IMG/VR virus record: IMGVR_UViG_3300028563_000014
Location: 23,463 to 87,462 of that record
DNA: 64,000 nt
Reading direction: 5' to 3' (one strand)
From: a virus
Each line of letters starts with the position of its first letter. Within the stretch, counting starts at the first letter, position 1. The position numbers were made by a program, and so were the translations under genes. The notes beneath the pieces were generated by a model, which was given only the letters and a program-made list of their open reading frames with translations, had not been told where the DNA came from and did no database searches. Below, piece by piece: positions 60,976 to 64,000 of the stretch.

Positions 60976-62652
60976 TCACACCACCTCCACGGAAGACAGC
61001 CCCCCAGCCTTCGACACCGCCATGACCGTCCCAGAGCGTAGCCGGTCCACTAGCCGCTGGGCGTGGGTAATCACCACCACCTGGCGCGACCGGGCCATCT
61101 CGACCAGGAGGTCCGCCACGAGCTCGATACCCTCGTCATCCAGCGGGTCGAACACCTCGTCGAACACCTGGAGCCCGGTGTCCCGGGACAGGCGGGACAG
61201 CGCCAGCATCATGGCCACGTCCACCCGGGTCCGCTCCCCGCCGGACGCGGCGCGGTACTGCCCGCCCGGATCCCCGTCCTGGACCAGGACCTGCATCGTC
61301 ACCTCCTCGACCTTGGCCCCCGAGGCGAGCTGCCGGTCCCCGGAGACCTTCACCTCGGCCGGGATCCCCAGCCGGCGCAGGACCGCGTTCGTCCCGGCCT
61401 CCAGCCGCTTCAGTGCCTCCGCGAACACCCGCACGCGCGCTCCCTGGCGGCCCAGGACGCGTAGGGCGGCCTCCGCGACCTTCAGGCGGGCCTGCGCCGC
61501 CAGGACGTCGTGCCCGTACCTCTCCACGCGCGCCTCGTCCTGGGAGACCATCTTCCTCAGGCGCTCCGCGTCAGCCTGCTGGCTCTCTGCGACCCGGAGC
61601 CGAGAGACCAGCTCGCCGTGCTTCCGGCGCGCCGCATCGGCGTCCTGGGCCTCCTCGTCCGCTGCCAGCCGCATAGACCGAGCGTCCTCCTGCAGTTCCT
61701 CCACGTCAGCCGCCCCGGCGTCCAGCTCGGCCCGGATGACGGCGATCTCTTCTTCGGTCGCCTCGCAGATGGCGCGCCGCCGCTCCGCCACGCGCTTGAC
61801 CTCCGCCGGTCCCACCGGCCGCAGGCACACCGGGCACTCGCCCCCAGCCGGCGCCGCCTCGGCCTCCGCCTCCTCCGAGCGCAGGCGCTTCTCCAACCTG
61901 GCGACCTCCTCCTGGCGCCGCCGGCGCGCGTCCCTGGCGCCGTCCCACGTGCGCCGCGCCGCCGCCGCCAGCGCGTCCGCCCTCGCGGCCCTGACGTTCG
62001 CCGCCTCCAGCTCCTCCGCGGCGGCGCCCGCCAGCGCCCGGACGGCGCCGACGTCCTCCGTAACCGCCGCGCCCTTCACTGCATCCCGGGCGCGCGTCAG
62101 CGCCGCCCCCGCCGCGTTCAGGTCGTTCTTGGCGTTGCCGACCTTGCCCACCCGGGTCGCCTCCTCGGCCTTCGCCAGCTTCTCCGCCCGGGTGAACTGC
62201 TCCAGCCCCAGCAGCCCCTCCAGGAGCTTCTGGCGCTCGGCGTTGGTGGCGACCGAGAACCGCGCCGCCAGCTCCCGCGAGAACACCCGCGTCGCCGCGA
62301 ACCGGCGCCAGTCCCCGAACAGCCGGTTGATCTTGGCCTGGGTCTCGGTGGTGGTCTGGCCGGCGTGGTCCTTGCCGTCGCTTCCGCGCAGCAGCAGCTG
62401 CACCAGGCGCCGCTTCCGAACCTCCCTGGTCACCATGTAGGCGCCGACCTTCACCGTGGCCAGGCCGTCTGGGATCGGGTCCATGCCGCGGACGGTCTCG
62501 CCCCAGAGCACCCAGGGCACCACCTCCACACCCATCGCGCTCTTGCCGGCGCCGTTCTCCCCTACCAGGACCGTCAGCCCTTCCATCGCGAGGTCGACCG
62601 CCGTGTCGCGGTAGGTGAAGAGGTCGCCGATCTTGAGCTCAGTGACGTTCAC
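60976..62652 (-). CDS. SbcC/Rad50-like (gp46-like) ABC ATPase
   Basis: Walker A GENGAGKS, coiled coil with CPVC zinc hook, signature ASGGE, Walker B VFDEVFDPLD, ITH. Confidence 0.92.
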   Translation of the reverse strand: MNVTELKIGDLFTYRDTAVDLAMEGLTVLVGENGAGKSAMGVEVVPWVLWGETVRGMDPIPDGLATVKVGAYMVTREVRKRRLVQLLLRGSDGKDHAGQTTTETQAKINRLFGDWRRFAATRVFSRELAARFSVATNAERQKLLEGLLGLEQFTRAEKLAKAEEATRVGKVGNAKNDLNAAGAALTRARDAVKGAAVTEDVGAVRALAGAAAEELEAANVRAARADALAAAARRTWDGARDARRRRQEEVARLEKRLRSEEAEAEAAPAGGECPVCLRPVGPAEVKRVAERRRAICEATEEEIAVIRAELDAGAADVEELQEDARSMRLAADEEAQDADAARRKHGELVSRLRVAESQQADAERLRKMVSQDEARVERYGHDVLAAQARLKVAEAALRVLGRQGARVRVFAEALKRLEAGTNAVLRRLGIPAEVKVSGDRQLASGAKVEEVTMQVLVQDGDPGGQYRAASGGERTRVDVAMMLALSRLSRDTGLQVFDEVFDPLDDEGIELVADLLVEMARSRQVVVITHAQRLVDRLRSGTVMAVSKAGGLSSVEVV

Positions 62653-63008
62653 CGCGCCCCGCCCGCCACGGCTGCCGCCCGCGCCTGCTGCGCCCCGCGG
62701 GCTTCGAGGTCCTGGATCCAGCGGACGCAGCAGGCAGCTACCTGCACCAGCTCCAGTCGGAGCTTCTCCGGGTCCTCCTCCGTCAGGACCTCCAGCACCT
62801 CCTCCTCGAACACCAGAGCGTGCGTAACGCGCCTCTCGCGCGCGGCGATCTCCACCATCTGCCGCGCGTGCGCCAGCTGCACCAGGTGGCCGCCGCCGTG
62901 GCGCGTCCCGTCCGGCATCGACTCCTCCGCCGGCCAGACCTCCGCGATCCGGGCCCGCTCCTCCAAGATCGGGACGACCACGCCCCGGTCCATGTCCTCG
63001 TTCGCCAT
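62649..63008 (-). CDS. MazG-like all-alpha NTP pyrophosphatase-fold protein
   Basis: 'EEEVLEV......LRLELVQVAACCVRWI' motif. Confidence 0.55.
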   Translation of the reverse strand: MANEDMDRGVVVPILEERARIAEVWPAEESMPDGTRHGGGHLVQLAHARQMVEIAARERRVTHALVFEEEVLEVLTEEDPEKLRLELVQVAACCVRWIQDLEARGAQQARAAAVAGGAR

Positions 63009-63009
63009 C

Positions 63010-64000
63010 TCAGGCTCCCTTCTTCCAGAGGTCACTCACCAGGTCGACCACCGCCTGGCGGTCCGCCCCGTCTTCCAATTCCATCTCCTGCGCGAACTTC
63101 ACGACCGCGGCCAGCGGGTCGTCCGCTGGCGCGAATAGTTCTTGTTTTTCTTCCTCATCGGAGGAACCGAAACCGGAAGCGTCGCCGGCCGGGACGTACT
63201 CGTAGCCGCCCAACTTCTCGGTCGCGGCCCCTGTCGCCTCGACCCCGCCGACCTGGCGCACGAAGTAGGTGTTCTTGTCCTGGGGAACACCCCACTCCGT
63301 GTGCTTTTCCAGTACGATCTCGAACCGCGGACCAGGGATCGCGACCATCTTCGTAATTGATGCGTCACCTAGCGCCATCAGCCCGTGCTTCCCCGGCTTC
63401 GAGTCCCCGAACCCGGTCGGGCAGAGCGCCCCCACCTGGCAGATCGTCAGGCCGTTCCGCTCCCAGATCTTGTGCTCGTGGTAGTTGCCTACGAACGCGG
63501 CCCCGATCCCCATCTTCTCCATCAGGTCGAATAGCATCGGCGCCGAGATGCCGTCGCGCGCGCCGCGCGTCCACTTCGGCGAGTCGGCGTCCCACACCCC
63601 GACGTGCGTCACCAGGATCCGCCGGCCTCGCGGGACGGCCTTCCCCTCGCACTTCGGCAGCGAGCCCTCCAGCACGCGCGCCAGGTGCAACGCCATCGGG
63701 ACAGTCGACTCGTACGGGATGCTCAGCACGAAGTCTGACGCCTTGCCGTTCAAGCAGCGGTGCCATTCCGGCTCCCTGACCACGTGCGCCTCATCCCAGA
63801 GCGGCGCGCAGGCCGTGTTCCCGCCCGCGGCGGACGAGTCCAGCATGTCGTGGTTCCCGGGCACCACGACCACGAGCATGGGGTCAGCTTCGGCAAAAAC
63901 CCGCTGCACCTCCGCGATCAGGGCCGGCTCCGGGCGCCGGCTATGGAACAGGTCGCCGGCCACGAACAGGGTATCCGCCCCAGCCGCCCCAGCCGCCTTC
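63010..64000 (-). CDS. SbcD/Mre11-like (gp47-like) metallophosphoesterase nuclease, 5' end outside the window
   Basis: 'AGDLFH', 'PGNHD', 'VTHVG', 'FVGNYH'; adjacent to the SbcC-like gene. Confidence 0.88.
   Translation of the reverse strand, partial: KAAGAAGADTLFVAGDLFHSRRPEPALIAEVQRVFAEADPMLVVVVPGNHDMLDSSAAGGNTACAPLWDEAHVVREPEWHRCLNGKASDFVLSIPYESTVPMALHLARVLEGSLPKCEGKAVPRGRRILVTHVGVWDADSPKWTRGARDGISAPMLFDLMEKMGIGAAFVGNYHEHKIWERNGLTICQVGALCPTGFGDSKPGKHGLMALGDASITKMVAIPGPRFEIVLEKHTEWGVPQDKNTYFVRQVGGVEATGAATEKLGGYEYVPAGDASGFGSSDEEEKQELFAPADDPLAAVVKFAQEMELEDGADRQAVVDLVSDLWKKGA

Larger units (their letters stand above)
1..64000 (-). mobile_element. Tailed phage/prophage region with contractile (myovirus-type) tail
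   Basis: Co-oriented terminase, portal, capsid, sheath, tube, tape measure and baseplate J genes in canonical order. No host housekeeping genes or att/integrase in the window. Confidence 0.95.

Noticed and set aside
1-64000. tRNA/rRNA genes, integrase/att sites, prohead protease
   Set aside because: None recognisable by eye; lifestyle (temperate or lytic) cannot be determined from this window.

Overview
The whole window is part of a high-GC (roughly 70%, by eye) tailed phage or prophage genome with a contractile tail. Almost all genes are on the minus strand. Read right to left in transcription order: SbcD/SbcC (Mre11/Rad50-like) nuclease pair, small accessory genes, a probable TerS, an M15 peptidase (endolysin, + strand), a TerL ATPase-domain gene, about 14 kb of accessory and DNA-modification genes (J-domain protein, Dam-type methylase, SSB-tailed protein, large lipoprotein, two ParB-like proteins, TET/JBP dioxygenase, glycosyltransferase, metallopeptidase-SOD fusion), a separate TerL nuclease-domain gene, portal, gpF-like minor head protein, scaffold, major capsid, neck, sheath, tube, frameshifted tail chaperone, tape measure, baseplate, and a fibre/adhesin cluster. 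GTGG-type Gly linkers and the GC content suggest a Myxococcota-like host (inference). Main oddities: (1) the large terminase is split into two genes about 14 kb apart; (2) a ParB-ParB-TET/JBP-glycosyltransferase hypermodification module lies between the halves; (3) a recurring TTGAC-N18-nAnnnT promoter often drives apparently leaderless mRNAs; (4) a promoter-bounded, highly structured ~210 nt candidate ncRNA; (5) fibre-like genes carrying signal peptides, next to a glycosyltransferase and a Tad2-like gene; (6) four tiny head-region proteins sharing a C-terminal Pro/Phe/basic motif. No integrase, tRNA, rRNA or CRISPR array was seen. All functional calls come from motif recognition and synteny by eye; no database search was run.
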